Origin: an uncultured Candidatus Rokubacteria bacterium
Lineage (GTDB): Bacteria > Methylomirabilota > Methylomirabilia > Rokubacteriales > CSP1-6
Length of the DNA stretch: 64,000 bases
Reading direction: 5' to 3'
Assembly (NCBI GenBank): GCA_963747235.1
Contig: CAVVEU010000013.1
Location: 192,001 to 256,000 of the forward strand
The notes under the pieces are model-generated. The model was not told the origin of the DNA and did no database searches. It was given only the letters and a program-made list of their open reading frames with translations. Made by a program: the position numbers and the translations under genes. Below are positions 1-10,947 of the stretch, piece after piece. Every line of letters starts with the position of its first letter. The stretch's first letter is position 1.

Positions 1-1252
1 CGCCCGAGCGGCCCACGATCACCCCGCGCTCCTGGCAGCGGTCCACCAGCTTCTTGATCTGGGGCGCCGGCATGATCGCCTTGGACTTGCGGTCGATGAC
101 CAGCTCGACGCCCGCGTAGAGGCCCTTGCCCCGCACGTCGCCGACCCACGGGTGGCGCATCAGGGTCTTGAGCCCGTCGAGGAGATAGGCCCCGTTCTCG
201 GCCGAGCGCTGGACCAGCTTCTCCTCCAGCAGGATCTCGATGTTGCGCAGGGCCACCGCCGCGGCCACCGGATGGCCGCCGTAGGTGTTGACCTGGTTGA
301 CCTGGCGATTCTCCGACGCCTCGCCGATGAACGACTTGAAGACGGAGTTGCGCACCACGGTGGCGGCCATCGGCAGGTACGCGCTCGAGATGCCCTTGGC
401 CACCGTGACGATGTCGGGCCGGACGCCCGCGTGCTCGTGGGCGAAGAGCCGCCCGGTGCGGCCGAAGCCGTTGATGACCTCGTCCACGTGCAGGAGGATG
501 CCGTGCTGCTTGCAGAGGTCGGCCACCGCGGGCAGGTAGCCGTCCGGCGGCACCGCCACGCCGACCGCGCTCATGACCGGCTCGATCAGGATCTCGGCCA
601 CCGTCTGGGGCCCCTCACCCAGGACGGTCGTTTCCATGTTCTTCACGCAGGCCAGCTCGCAGCTCGTGGGCTCGAGGCCGAACGGGCAGCGGTAGCAATA
701 GGGCGGGGCCACGTGCACGAACTCGTTGCCGGAGAGCGGCTCGAACTTCATCTTGCGGTCGCCCATGCCGCCCGCGGCCAGCGTGGCCAGCGTGGTGCCG
801 TGGTAGCCGTAGTACCGGCTGATCGTCTTGTAGCGGTTCTGCTGCGGGTACTCGTGCCGGGCGTACTGGCGCGCGAACTTGAACGCGGCCTCGTTGGCCT
901 CCGACCCCGAGCTGACGAAGTAGACGTGGTTGTCGCCCCCCAGCAGTCCGTTCACCTTCTCGGCCAGCGCGGCCGCGGGCAGGTTCATGGCGGTGTGCGG
1001 GTAGTAGGAGAGCTGGCGCATCTGCTCGGCGGCCACGTCGGCCAGCTCGGTGCGCCCGTAGCCGATGTTCACGCACCAGAGGCCGGCCATGCCGTCGAGG
1101 TACTCGCGGCCGTCCGCGTCCACCACCGTCGAGTCCTTGGCGGACACGATGACGAGCTGCTGCTGCTCGAGCTGCTTGTGGGGCACGATCGGGTGGATGA
1201 CGTTGTCGAGGTCTTTCCGGACGACGCTGGCGCGCTGATCGGACGTGGGCAT
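1..1252 (-). CDS. Class III PLP aminotransferase (omega-amino acid type), 3' end runs off the window
   Basis: Manual translation from ATG 1252: MPTSDQRASVVRKDLDNVIHP...YLDGMAGLWCVNIGYGR...SGSEANE...DEVINGFGRTG...DIVTVAKG; RBS AGGAG upstream. Missing from the ORF track because it is truncated. Confidence 0.92.
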   Translation of the reverse strand, partial: MPTSDQRASVVRKDLDNVIHPIVPHKQLEQQQLVIVSAKDSTVVDADGREYLDGMAGLWCVNIGYGRTELADVAAEQMRQLSYYPHTAMNLPAAALAEKVNGLLGGDNHVYFVSSGSEANEAAFKFARQYARHEYPQQNRYKTISRYYGYHGTTLATLAAGGMGDRKMKFEPLSGNEFVHVAPPYCYRCPFGLEPTSCELACVKNMETTVLGEGPQTVAEILIEPVMSAVGVAVPPDGYLPAVADLCKQHGILLHVDEVINGFGRTGRLFAHEHAGVRPDIVTVAKGISSAYLPMAATVVRNSVFKSFIGEASENRQVNQVNTYGGHPVAAAVALRNIEILLEEKLVQRSAENGAYLLDGLKTLMRHPWVGDVRGKGLYAGVELVIDRKSKAIMPAPQIKKLVDRCQERGVIVGRSG

Positions 1253-1272
1253 GGGGGTCTCCTGGTTGATGC

Positions 1273-2904
1273 CTAGCTCGAGACTTCCTCGCGTCGCAGG
1301 CGGATGGGATGGAGCGCGGGCGGCTCTGCGGGGGGCCGCGGGAGGCTGGGCGCGTAGAACGAGGCCTCCTGGGCGCCGCGCAGGCACTGGCGGGTGAACT
1401 CGATCAGATGGTGGCTGACCACCGCGGCCTGGATCATCTCCTCGATCTGGCCGGCGCGCAGCGCGGGGCCGGCGACGCGCCAGAACGTCGCCCGATAGTC
1501 GCCGCGGACGCCGATCTGCCAGACGATGCGCCCGAGCAGGGCCAGGCCGGACACGATATTGGGCCAGGACGCCCGGTGCCGGCTCCGCGGGTAAGCCGGG
1601 CGCTTGGCGAAGGTGTGGACCAGGTTGTGGGCGAACCGCCGGTAGATCGCCTCCGGCGCGTAGGCCGCGGCGATGCAGCGCCGCCACATCTCGAGCACCG
1701 TCTCCTCGGGCAGCCGGAAGACCACGTTGGACTCGCGCCCGCCGTCGGCCAGAATGCGTCCTTCCTTGGCGAGCCGGTCCCACAGCGGGGTCTTGGGCAG
1801 GGCGTAGAGGATGTTGATCGTGAGCATCGGGATCTGCGAGGCCTCGATGAACTCGATGAGATGCCCCGCGGTCGCGTCGGTGTCGGTGTCGAGCCCCAGG
1901 ATGATGCCGGAGACCACCTCGAGCCCGTAGTCGTTCAGCTTGGCGACCGCGTCGAGGATCGGCATGCGGAGATTCTGGTCCTTCGACATCGAGCGGAGCG
2001 CGTCCGGCTCGGGCGTCTCGATCCCGCAGAACACCACGTTGAAGCCGGCGTCGCGCATCAGGGCGAGCACGCGCTCGTTCTTCGCGATGTTGAGCGTGGC
2101 CTCGCACGCGAACCGCACCGGGAACCGGTTGCGCCGCTGCCACTCGACCAGGTGCGGCAGCAGCTCCAGCGCGGCCTTCTGGTTCGCGATGAAGTTGTCG
2201 TCCACGAAGTAGATGGCGACCGCGCCGCCCGCCACGAGCGCGTCCAGCTCGGCCAGCACCTGCGCGGCGGACTTGAGGCGGGGATTGCGGCCGTAGAGCG
2301 CGGGGATGTCGCAGAACTCGCACGAGTAAGGGCAGCCGCTCGAGAACTGGATGCTCGAGATGAAGTACTGGCGCAGCGCGATCAGATGATAGGCGGGCAG
2401 CGGGAACTCGGTGAGCGGCAACCGGGCGTCGGTGTCGAAGCGGAGCTGCTGCGGGGGCCGGCCGGTATGCCCGTCGAGCCATTCAATGATCGCGTCGGTC
2501 GAGTCGCCCATCTCGCCCACCTGGATGAGATCCGCGTCCGGGTAGTGCTCCGGGCAGCCCGACACCGACGGGCCGCCCAGCACCACCGGCTTGCCCAGGC
2601 GGTGGACGCGCGCGATCACGTCCTCCATGAAGGGGCGCTGCACGTGCATGCCGGAGAGAAAGATCGCGTCCGCCCAGGCGAGCTCCTCCGCGGTGGCCTC
2701 GCGGTCGTTCTCGTCCACGAAGCGCACCTCCCACGACGCCGGGAGATAGGCGGCGATCACCAGCAGGCCCTGGGGCGGCATGAAGGCGCGGATGCGCCCG
2801 CCGAAGAGCGGGTAGGAGTAGTGAAACGTGCCGAAGGAGGGCGCGTAGCGCGGAGATACGCAGAGGATGCGTCGGCCGTTCCGGGGCGCGTAGCGGGTGC
2901 GCAT
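1273..2904 (-). CDS. hpnP: B12-dependent radical SAM methyltransferase, hopanoid C-2 methylase HpnP
   Basis: C-terminal 543 aa of ORF 1273..3843: RILCVSPRYAPSFGTF..SYPL..AFMPPQGLLVIAAYLP (B12-binding domain); CxxxCxxC in SSGCPYSCEFCDIPALYGRNPRLK; YFVDDNFI; CEATLNIAK; ALPKTPLWDRL. Matches HpnP as I recall it along the full length. Confidence 0.85.
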   Translation of the reverse strand: MRTRYAPRNGRRILCVSPRYAPSFGTFHYSYPLFGGRIRAFMPPQGLLVIAAYLPASWEVRFVDENDREATAEELAWADAIFLSGMHVQRPFMEDVIARVHRLGKPVVLGGPSVSGCPEHYPDADLIQVGEMGDSTDAIIEWLDGHTGRPPQQLRFDTDARLPLTEFPLPAYHLIALRQYFISSIQFSSGCPYSCEFCDIPALYGRNPRLKSAAQVLAELDALVAGGAVAIYFVDDNFIANQKAALELLPHLVEWQRRNRFPVRFACEATLNIAKNERVLALMRDAGFNVVFCGIETPEPDALRSMSKDQNLRMPILDAVAKLNDYGLEVVSGIILGLDTDTDATAGHLIEFIEASQIPMLTINILYALPKTPLWDRLAKEGRILADGGRESNVVFRLPEETVLEMWRRCIAAAYAPEAIYRRFAHNLVHTFAKRPAYPRSRHRASWPNIVSGLALLGRIVWQIGVRGDYRATFWRVAGPALRAGQIEEMIQAAVVSHHLIEFTRQCLRGAQEASFYAPSLPRPPAEPPALHPIRLRREEVSS

Positions 2905-2954
2905 CAGGCGCGGGGCGCGGGCCGGAACGGAGACTGCCAGCGGGGCCGGTCCGC

Positions 2955-3843
2955 TCAGGCGCGGCTCGGCACGCCGGCGGGCTGCTCGACGTCGAGCGTG
3001 GTGACCCGGCGGAGCTCCCGGCGGTACTTCGCGTCGTCGAACGGCCGCGCCCGGTGCATGGTGGCCCGGTTGTCCCAGATCACGAGATCGCCCACGCGCC
3101 ACTGGTGGCGGTAGACGAACTCGGGCCGGGTCGCGTGCTCGATCAGGTCGCGTAGCAGCAGGCGGCCCTCGGGCACCGGCCAGTCGATGATCCGCGAGGC
3201 ATGGGAGGCCACGTAGAGCGAGCGGCGCTTCGAGCGCGGGATCGTCCGGACCAGGGGGTGGATCGCGCCCTTGAGCGCGTCCTGCTCGCTCTCCGAGAAC
3301 TCGAAGCCGAGCGTCTGGCGGGAGTAGGCGATCGAGTGGTGCACGCGGAGGCCCTCGAGACGCGCCTTCTCTTCGTCGGGGAGCGCGTCGTAGGCCGCGC
3401 GCATGTCCGCGTACTCGGTGTCCGCGTCCACCGGCGGGACGACCTTGGCCGAGAGCATCGAGTAGCGCCCGGCCGGGTCCTGGAAGGAGGCGTCGGTGTG
3501 CCAGAGCCGGTTGCCGAGGCCGTACATGCGCCGGCGGTTGTCGGACTTCATGATCTCGCCGTTCTCGTCGAGGTTCGAGATGTCGCCGAGCGCCTCGTTG
3601 CCGAGCCGGTTCTTCTGGAGCGCGCTGATGCCGAGCTTGGTGTGGAGCGACCCCGTCCAGCCGCTGGGCGAAGTCGAGCTGCTCGGCGTCGGTGAAGGGC
3701 TGGTCACGGAAGACGAGGACCGCGTACTCGTCCATGCCCCCGCGGATGGCGGCGAGGGTCTCCGGATCGTGGACGCGACGCAGGTCCACCGGGCTGACCT
3801 CGCCGGCGAAGTGCGGGTGAAGCTTGCGGAATGTCAGGGCCAT
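2955..3843 (-). CDS. TfdA/TauD-family Fe(II)/2-oxoglutarate dioxygenase (frameshift near 3650)
   Basis: MALTFRKLHPHFAGEV... joins ...GNRLWHTDASF...IWDNRATMHRA; HxD...H facial triad; resembles the TfdA subfamily. Confidence 0.88.
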
Positions 3844-3861
3844 GCCACGCCTCCCGCCAAG

Positions 3862-3890
3862 AATCTAGGCCGACCGGGCCGGGGAGTCAA
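3862..3890 (-). promoter_or_regulatory. sigma70-type promoter for the tfdA-like/hpnP/aminotransferase unit
   Basis: Minus strand TTGACT-17 bp-TAGATT, then GGGAGG RBS before ATG 3843. Confidence 0.65.
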
Positions 3891-3959
3891 GCAAACGGTC
3901 GGGCCCGTCGACAAGCCGCGCGGGGCCGTGCCAAGATGCGCGCCGGGAGGCGACCTGAC

Positions 3960-4892
3960 ATGAACGTCGGATTCATCGGACTGGGACTGATGGGCGCCAG
4001 CATGGCGTCGAATCTACAAACGGCCGGCCACGCGCTCGCCGTGCACGACGTGCGGAAGGCGGCGGCCACCCCGCATCTGGCCGCGGGGGCGGTCTGGAAG
4101 GACACCCCGCGCGCGGTGGCCGAGGCCGCGGAGGTGGTGTTCACCTCGCTGCCCGGCCCGCCCGAGGTCGAGCAGGTGGCCACGGGCCCGGACGGCCTGC
4201 TCCACGGGGTGCGCGCGGGCTCGGCGGTCTTCGACCTCTCCACCAACGCGCCCGCGCTGGTGCGGCGGCTCGACGGCCTCTTCGCGGCGCGCGGAGCCCA
4301 CGTGCTCGACGCGCCGGTGAGCGGCGGCCCGACGGGCGCGAAGTCCCGTCGGCTCGCCATCTGGGTGGGCGGGGAGCGCAGCCTGTACGACCGGTACCGG
4401 CCGCTGCTCGAGGCGATGGGCGACCAGCCCTACTACGTGGGCCCGGTGGGCGCGGGCGCGGTGGCCAAGCTCGTGCACAACTGCGCCAGCTTCACGATCC
4501 GCGCGGTGCTGGCCGAGGTGTTCAGCATGGGCGTGAAGGCGGGCGTGGCCCCGGACCTGCTCTGGCAGGCGGTGCGCCAGGGCAACAGCGGCCGCCGGCG
4601 CACCTTCGACGTGCTGGCCGAGAAGTTCCTGCCGGGAGAATTCGAGCCGCCGTCCTTCGCGTTGAAGCTCGGCCACAAGGACGTCTCGCTGGCCACCGCG
4701 CTCGGCCGCGAGGTCGGCGTGCCGATGCGCCTGGCCAATCTCGCGCTCGAGGAGATCACGGAAGCGCTCGGGCGCGGCTGGGGCGACCGGGACTCGAGCA
4801 GCTTCATGCTGCTGGAGGAGGAGCGCGCGGGCGTCGAGATCAAGGTGCCCCGGGAGCGCCTCCAGCAGATCTTCGAGCAAGACGGGCGGTGA
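3960..4892 (+). CDS. 3-hydroxyisobutyrate dehydrogenase-family NAD(P)-dependent oxidoreductase
   Basis: MNVGFIGLGLMGASMA Rossmann motif, DAPVSGG, AKLVHN, FALKLGHKD. Confidence 0.92.
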   Translation: MNVGFIGLGLMGASMASNLQTAGHALAVHDVRKAAATPHLAAGAVWKDTPRAVAEAAEVVFTSLPGPPEVEQVATGPDGLLHGVRAGSAVFDLSTNAPALVRRLDGLFAARGAHVLDAPVSGGPTGAKSRRLAIWVGGERSLYDRYRPLLEAMGDQPYYVGPVGAGAVAKLVHNCASFTIRAVLAEVFSMGVKAGVAPDLLWQAVRQGNSGRRRTFDVLAEKFLPGEFEPPSFALKLGHKDVSLATALGREVGVPMRLANLALEEITEALGRGWGDRDSSSFMLLEEERAGVEIKVPRERLQQIFEQDGR

Positions 4893-5052
4893 CGCTCGCG
4901 CCGCTCGGCGCCTTCACGTTCCGGGTTGATGCATTGCTCGCGGAGGGCAACGGGAACGGAACCCAGTAAGGACACTCGCGTCCCCGTAGCGCGTGCGCCA
5001 TCGGGTTTTGTCCGTCTTGGCGGGCCCCGGCATGCTAGCGTTTAAGACAGAC

Positions 5053-6841
5053 ATGCAGGGCGCCCCGATCCGGAGTCGTGTGCCGATTCGGACGAGGGTC
5101 AACCTCGCCTTCGCGCTGGCCGTGGGAGTGCTGCTGGCCATCGCGGCCGCGTCCTACCAGAGCGTCACCAGCCTCGCCGAGACCGGGCAGTGGATCGGCC
5201 ACACCCACGAGGTGCTCGCCGCGATCGACGCGGTGGCGGCGGCCACCACCACCGCCGAGAGCCGGCACGCGCGGCTACGCGCTCACCGGCGAGGAGCGCT
5301 TCCTCGAGACCTACCGGTCGGGCGCCCGCGGTGCGGAGGCCTCGCTCGCCGCGCTCCGGCGGCTGACCGCGGACAACCCCGCGGAGCAGGCGGCGCGTGG
5401 ACCGGCTCGAGCCCCTCCTGCGCGAGCACCTGGCCGGGCGGCCGACACGGTGGCGATCCGCCGCGACCAGAGCGGCGCGGCGGCGGCGGAGCGGGTGCGG
5501 GCCGGGAGCAGCACCGGGCTCGCCGAGTCCATCCACGCGGCGATCGAGGAGATGCGCGTCGCCGAGCGGACGCTCCTGGCCGCGCGCGCGGCCGCGAGCG
5601 ACAGCCGCGCCGCCCGCACGCGGTGGATCATCGTGATCGGCAGCCTCGCGGTGGTCGTGGTCACGGTCGTGTCGAGCCTGCTCATCTCGCGCGAGATCGA
5701 GCGGCGGCGCGCGATCGACCGCGGGCTGCGCGCCTCCGAGGCGCGTTACCGGCTGCTCGTCGACCGCAACCTGGCCGCGATCGCGCGCACCCGCCGGGAC
5801 GGCGCGGTGCTCGAGCTGCAACGAGGCCATGGTCCGGCTCCTCGGCTGCGCGTCGCGGGAGGAAGTGCTCGCCATGAACGCGAGCCAGTTCTACGCCGAT
5901 CCGGCGGATCGCGAGCACCTCGTGTCGGGCTTCGCCCCGGGCGGCGGCGTGGTGGACCGGGAGGTGCGCTTTCGCCGGAAGGACGGCGAGCTGGTCTGGG
6001 TGTCCATGACCTTTCTCGAGTACGAGGACGAGGGGCAGCCGTTCTTCGAGGCGGTGATGCTCGACATCACGGACCGGAAGGCGACCAGCGCGCGGATCGA
6101 GGAGCTCAACGCGGCGCTGGCCCGGCAGAACCAGGACCTGGCCGCGGCCAACCAGGAGCTCGACGCCTTCAGCTACTCGATCTCCCACGACCTGCGGGCG
6201 CCGCTGCGGGCCATGCAGGGCTTCTCGGAGGCGCTGCTCGAGGACTACGGCGAGCGGCTCGACGCCACCGGCCACGACTACGCGCAGCGGATCGTGGCGG
6301 CGAGCCGGCAGATGGACACGCTGATCCAGGACCTGCTCGCCTACAGCCGGCTCGTCCGCGCCGAGGTCAGCCTGGATCCGGTGAGCCTCGAGACGGTGGT
6401 GGACGAGGTCGTGCGGCCGCTCGAGATGGAGGTCAAGGAGCGCGGCGGCGAGATCATCGTCGAGCGGCCGCTCGGGCGCGTGCTGGCCCACCGGACCGTG
6501 CTCGGCCAGATCGTGACCAATCTCCTGACCAACGCGCTCAAGTTCACGCGGCCCGACACGCCGCCCCGCGTCCGGGTCCGCAGCGAGCGAGCGGACGGGC
6601 GGGTGCGGCTCTGGGTGGAGGACAACGGCATCGGCATCGCGGCCGAGCATCGCGAGCGCATCTTCCGGGCCTTCGAGCGGCTGCACGGCGATCCAGCAGT
6701 ATCCGGGCACCGGGCATCGGCCTCGCCATCGTGCAGAAGGGGGCCACGCGGCTCGGGGGCCAGGCCGGCGTCGAGTCCGAGCCGGGCGCGGGCAGCCGGT
6801 TCTGGGTCGACCTGGCGGAAGCGGAGGCCGCGACGGCATGA
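5053..6841 (+). CDS. CHASE3-PAS sensor histidine kinase (several frameshifts)
   Basis: TM, WIGHTHEVL (CHASE3), RGYALTGEERFL, TM, PAS, H-box FSYSISHDLRAPLR, NLLTNALKF, DNGIGI, G-GLAIV. Confidence 0.88.
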
Positions 6842-7293
6842 ACGCGCAGCGCGTACCCGATCCTGCTCGTCGAGGACTCGCCGGACGACGCCCTGCTCAT
6901 CCAGCGCGCCTTCCGCAAGGCCAACCTGGCCAACCCGGTCCAGCTCGTCCGCGACGGGGAGGAGGCGGTGGCCTACCTGAGCGGGGCCGCCGCCCTACGA
7001 GCGACCGGGCCCGCTTCCCTCTGCCGGTGTTCATGCTGCTGGACCTGAAGCTGCCCCGGCGCTCGGGCCTCGAGGTCCTGGCCTGGGTGCGCCAGGAGTC
7101 GGCGGTCAAGCGCCTGCCGGTGGTGGTGCTCACCTCGTCGCGGGAGTCGGTGGACGTCAACCGCGCCTACGACCTGGGCGTCAACTCGTACCTGACCAAG
7201 CCGGTCGGGTTCGAAGCGCTGATCGAGATGGTCAAGAACGTCAATCTCTACTGGCTCGTGCTGAACGAGAACCCCGAGCTGCGGCGAGGCTGA
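6838..7293 (+). CDS. Single-domain response regulator (Rcp1-like; frameshifted)
   Basis: [10 protein letters not shown]...[15 protein letters not shown]...VVLTSS...[13 protein letters not shown]; ATGA overlap with the kinase. Confidence 0.88.
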   Translation: MNAQRVPDPARRGLAGRRPAHPARLPQGQPGQPGPARPRRGGGGGLPERGRRPTSDRARFPLPVFMLLDLKLPRRSGLEVLAWVRQESAVKRLPVVVLTSSRESVDVNRAYDLGVNSYLTKPVGFEALIEMVKNVNLYWLVLNENPELRRG

Positions 7294-7297
7294 GCGC

Positions 7298-9211
7298 GTG
7301 GACGACCGGTTCCGCATCCTGCTGGTGGACGACAATCCGGACGACCGGATCCTCATCCGGCGGGCCCTCGTGCCGCGAGTTCCCGGAGCTGGAGATCACC
7401 GAGGTCGGCGATCCGGACGACCCTCGCGCGCGCCCTCGAGGACGGGCCCTTCGACCTGGTCATCACCGACTACGGGCTCGGCTTCACGGACGGCCTCGCG
7501 CTCCTCGACACGGCTGAAGGCCCAGTGGCCGGAGTGCCCGGTCATCCTCTGCACCGGGACCCTGAGCGAGGAGATCGCGGTGGAGGCCCTGCGGAAAGGC
7601 CTCGACGACTACGTGCTGAAGGACCCGCGCCGCTTCATGCGGCTGCCCGCCGCGGTCCGGAGCGCGGTCGACCACGCCCGGCAGCGCGCGGCGGCCCGGG
7701 CCGCCGAGCTGCGCTACCACGAGCTCTTCGACGGCGCGCCGGTCGGCCTCATCCGCTGCCTGCCCGACGGCCGCGATCCTCGCCGCCAACGCGGCGGCCG
7801 CCCGCATCACGGGCTACCCGAGCGTGGCCGCGCTGCTCGACGCGAGCGTGGCGGATCTCTACGCGGACGACGGCGACCGGGCCCGGGTGATCGCCGGCCC
7901 TCGAGCGGGGCGAGACGCTGCAGGACGTCGAGATCCAGGGACGGCGCCGGGACGGGGTGCTGATCTGGGTCACCGTGAACGTGCGGCCGGTGAAGGACGC
8001 GGCCGGCGCACGCTGCACTACGAGTGGAGCCTCGCCGACATCACCGAGCGGCGGCAGCTCGAGGCCCAGCTCCGGCAGGCCCAGAAGATGGAGGCGGTCG
8101 GGCAGCTCGCGGGCGGGGTGGCCCACGACTTCAACAACCTGCTCACCGTGATCGGCGGGCGCTGCTACCTGATGCTGGCCAAGCTCGGCCCGGACGACGC
8201 CCTGCCGCCGCGAGGTCGAGCTGGTGCGCGGCGCGGCGGAGCGGGCGGCCCGCCTGACCCACCAGCTCCTGGCCTTCAGCCGCAAGCAGGTGCTCGAGCC
8301 GCGCGTGCTCGACCTCAACGAGACGGTGACCGGCATCGAGCCGCTGCTGCGGCGGCTGATCGGCGAGGACATCGAGCTCACGGTGACGCGCGGCTCCGAG
8401 CTCGGCCGGGTCAAGGCCGACCCGGGCCAGCTCGAGCAGGTGATCCTGAACCTGGCGGTCAACGCCCGCGACGCGATGCCGCAGGGCGGCCGGCTCACCC
8501 TCGAGACCGCCAACGTCACCGTGGACGAGCGGGCCGCGCGCCGCGCCCACGATCTGGCGCCGGGCCGCTACGTCGTGCTGTCGGTGACGGACACCGGGCA
8601 CGGCATGGACGCGGCGACGCGGGCCCAGATCTTCGAGCCGTTCTTCACCACCAAGGAGGTGGGGAAGGGCACCGGGCTCGGGCTGGCGACGGTGTACGGC
8701 ATCGTCAAGCAGAGCGGCGGCTTCATCGAGGTGGAGAGCGAGCCCGGCCGGGGCGCGACCTTCAAGGTCTACCTGCCGCGGGTCGAGGAGGCGGTGGCGG
8801 TCCCCGAGCCGGCCCGGGCGTCCGGGACCCGGCTGCGCGGCTCGGAGACGGTGCTCCTGGTGGAGGACGACGAGAGCCTGCGCACGCTCGCCCGCGAGAT
8901 CCTGACCGTGCAGGGCTACACGGTGCTCGAGGCCGCGGCCCCGAGCGACGCGCTCCGGATCCACCAGAGCTCACCCGGGCCGGATCGACCTCCTGCTCAC
9001 CGACGTGGTGATGCCCGAGATGAACGGCCGGCAGCTCGCGGACCGCCTCAAGGTCGCACGCCCGGACATGGCGGTGCTCTTCATGTCGGGCTATACCGGG
9101 GCGGCGCTCGGCGAGCGCGGCGAGGTGGCCGAGTTCAGCGGGCAGCTCCTGCAGAAGCCCTTCACGCCGGACGGACTGAACCGCCGCGTCCGCGAGGTCC
9201 TGGACGCCTAG
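7298..9211 (+). CDS. Hybrid REC-PAS-HisKA-HATPase-REC histidine kinase (frameshifted)
   Basis: [10 protein letters not shown]; [24 protein letters not shown]; [10 protein letters not shown]; [18 protein letters not shown]; C-terminal receiver DVVMPEMNG...QKPF. Confidence 0.9.
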
Positions 9212-10072
9212 CCCTTGAGGCCGCTCAGGCGCACGCCCTCGACGATGCGCCGGTTGGCGACCACGAACACTACCAACAGCGGCACCGCGCTCAGCGCGGC
9301 GCCCGCCATGATCGGCCCGTAGGACTCCGAGCTGTAGGCGCTGCGGAGCAGGGCGAGGGCGACCGGCAGCGGGAACATCTCCGGCTTGTTCACCGCGATC
9401 AGCGGCCACAGGAAGTCGTTCCACGCCGAGCGGAAGGCGAAGATGGCCAGCGCGGCGAGCACCGGCTGCGAGAGCGGGACGATGATCCGCGCAGAAGACC
9501 TGCCAGGGGCCCGCGCCGTCGATGCAGGGCGGCGTCCTCGAGCTCACGCGGCATCGTCGACGAAGAACTGGCGGAGCAGGAAGACCCCGAAGGCGAAGAT
9601 CATGGCCGCCTCCGGCACGATCAGGCCCTGGTAGGTGCTGAGCCAGCCGAGCCGCTGGGTGAGCACGTACTGCGGGACCAGCAGGACCGCGTTCGGGATC
9701 ATCAGGCTGCCCACCAGCAGGACGAAGACCAGATCGCGGCCCGGGAAGCGCATGCGGGCCAGCGGGTAGGCGGCCATCGCGCTGGTGGCGAGCACCAGGA
9801 TCACGCGAGCCCAGTGGCCACGACGAGGCTGTTGACGAAGGCGCGGCCGATGCGCGCGGTGCGGGAGCTGCCGAGCAGCACCTCGTGGTAGTGGACGCCG
9901 CGTCGGCGGCCACGGGATCCACTCGGGAGGCAGCCGGATGATGTCGGGCGCTGGCTTGAGCGAGGTCACCACCACCCACGCGATCGGCGAGAGCCAGAGC
10001 ACCGCCAGGGCGAGCAGGGCCACCGTGAGGGCCACGCTCGAGCGGTCGAGCGGTCCGGACGCCGCGGGGCAC
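9208..10072 (-). CDS. Carbohydrate ABC transporter permease (MalG-like; frameshifted)
   Basis: [22 protein letters not shown]-like loop, [10 protein letters not shown]. Confidence 0.88.
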
Positions 10073-10075
10073 CGC

Positions 10076-10944
10076 TCAGTACTCCGTGTGGCCGCGCAGC
10101 AGGCGGAACTGGAGCACCGAGAAGGCGAGGATGACCGCGAACAGCACCCAGGCCATCGCGGAGGCGGCGCCGAACTGGAAGAAGTTCTGGAAGGCGGTCT
10201 CGTAGAGGTGCTGGACCACGGTGCGGGTGGCGTCGCCCGGCCCGCCGCCGGTGAGCACGAAGACCTGGCCGAAGAGCTGGAACGAGCCGATGACGTGGGT
10301 GACCACCACGAAGAGCAGCACCGGACGGAGCAGGGGCAGCGTGATCGGCCCAGAAGCTGCGCCAGCCGGAGGCGCCGTCGAGCGCGGCCGCCTCGTAGAG
10401 ATCGCGCGGGATGTCCTGCAGCCCGGCCAGGTAGATCACGAGGTAGTAGCCGGTCACCCACCAGACGGTGGTGAGGATGATCGTCCACATCGCGGTCTGC
10501 GGATCCGCGAGCCACGAGCGCGCCGGCACGCCCAGGCTCGCGCAGGTAGTAGTTGAAGGGGCCGACCACCGGATCGAGGAGCCAGAGCCACGCGAGCCCG
10601 ACCGTGACGACCGAGAGCGTGAACGGGAAGAAGAAGACGCTGCGGAGCAGGGTCCGCAGGCGGCCGCGGTTGAGCGCGAGCGCCAGGGCGAGCGGCACCG
10701 CCAGGATCGGGAGCGTGCTGGCCACCGTGTAGAACGCGGTGTTCCAGAGGCTCACGTGGAAGCGGTCGTCCTCGAGGAGCCGCGTGTAGTTGGCGAGGCC
10801 GATCCACTGCTCGGTCGCGCGGCCGAGGCGCGCGTTGGTGAAGGACAGGCGCAGCCCTTCGAGCAGCGGATAGAGGCGGTAGACCGCGAAGAGCAGGAGG
10901 CCCGGCGCCAGGAAGGCGTACGCGACGCGCGTCTGGCGCGACAC
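10076..10944 (-). CDS. Carbohydrate ABC transporter permease (MalF-like; frameshifted)
   Basis: [44 protein letters not shown]. Confidence 0.9.
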
Positions 10945-10947
10945 GCC

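Noticed and set aside
152-1276. Long antisense and alternative-frame ORFs (152..1276, 1309..3114, 39281..42271, 56246..58324 and many others)
   Set aside because: These are shadow ORFs typical of very high-GC DNA. They overlap well-supported genes and contain no recognisable motifs.
1273-3843. 856-aa apparent TauD-radical SAM fusion ORF
   Set aside because: A frameshift near 3650 moves the dioxygenase N-terminus into the hpnP frame. The intervening translation is Arg/Pro-rich nonsense, and the real dioxygenase ends at 2955.
4922-4937. Possible sigma54 box upstream of the CHASE3 kinase (GG-N10-GC with TTGC)
   Set aside because: It lacks the GGCA -24 element and is too weak to call.
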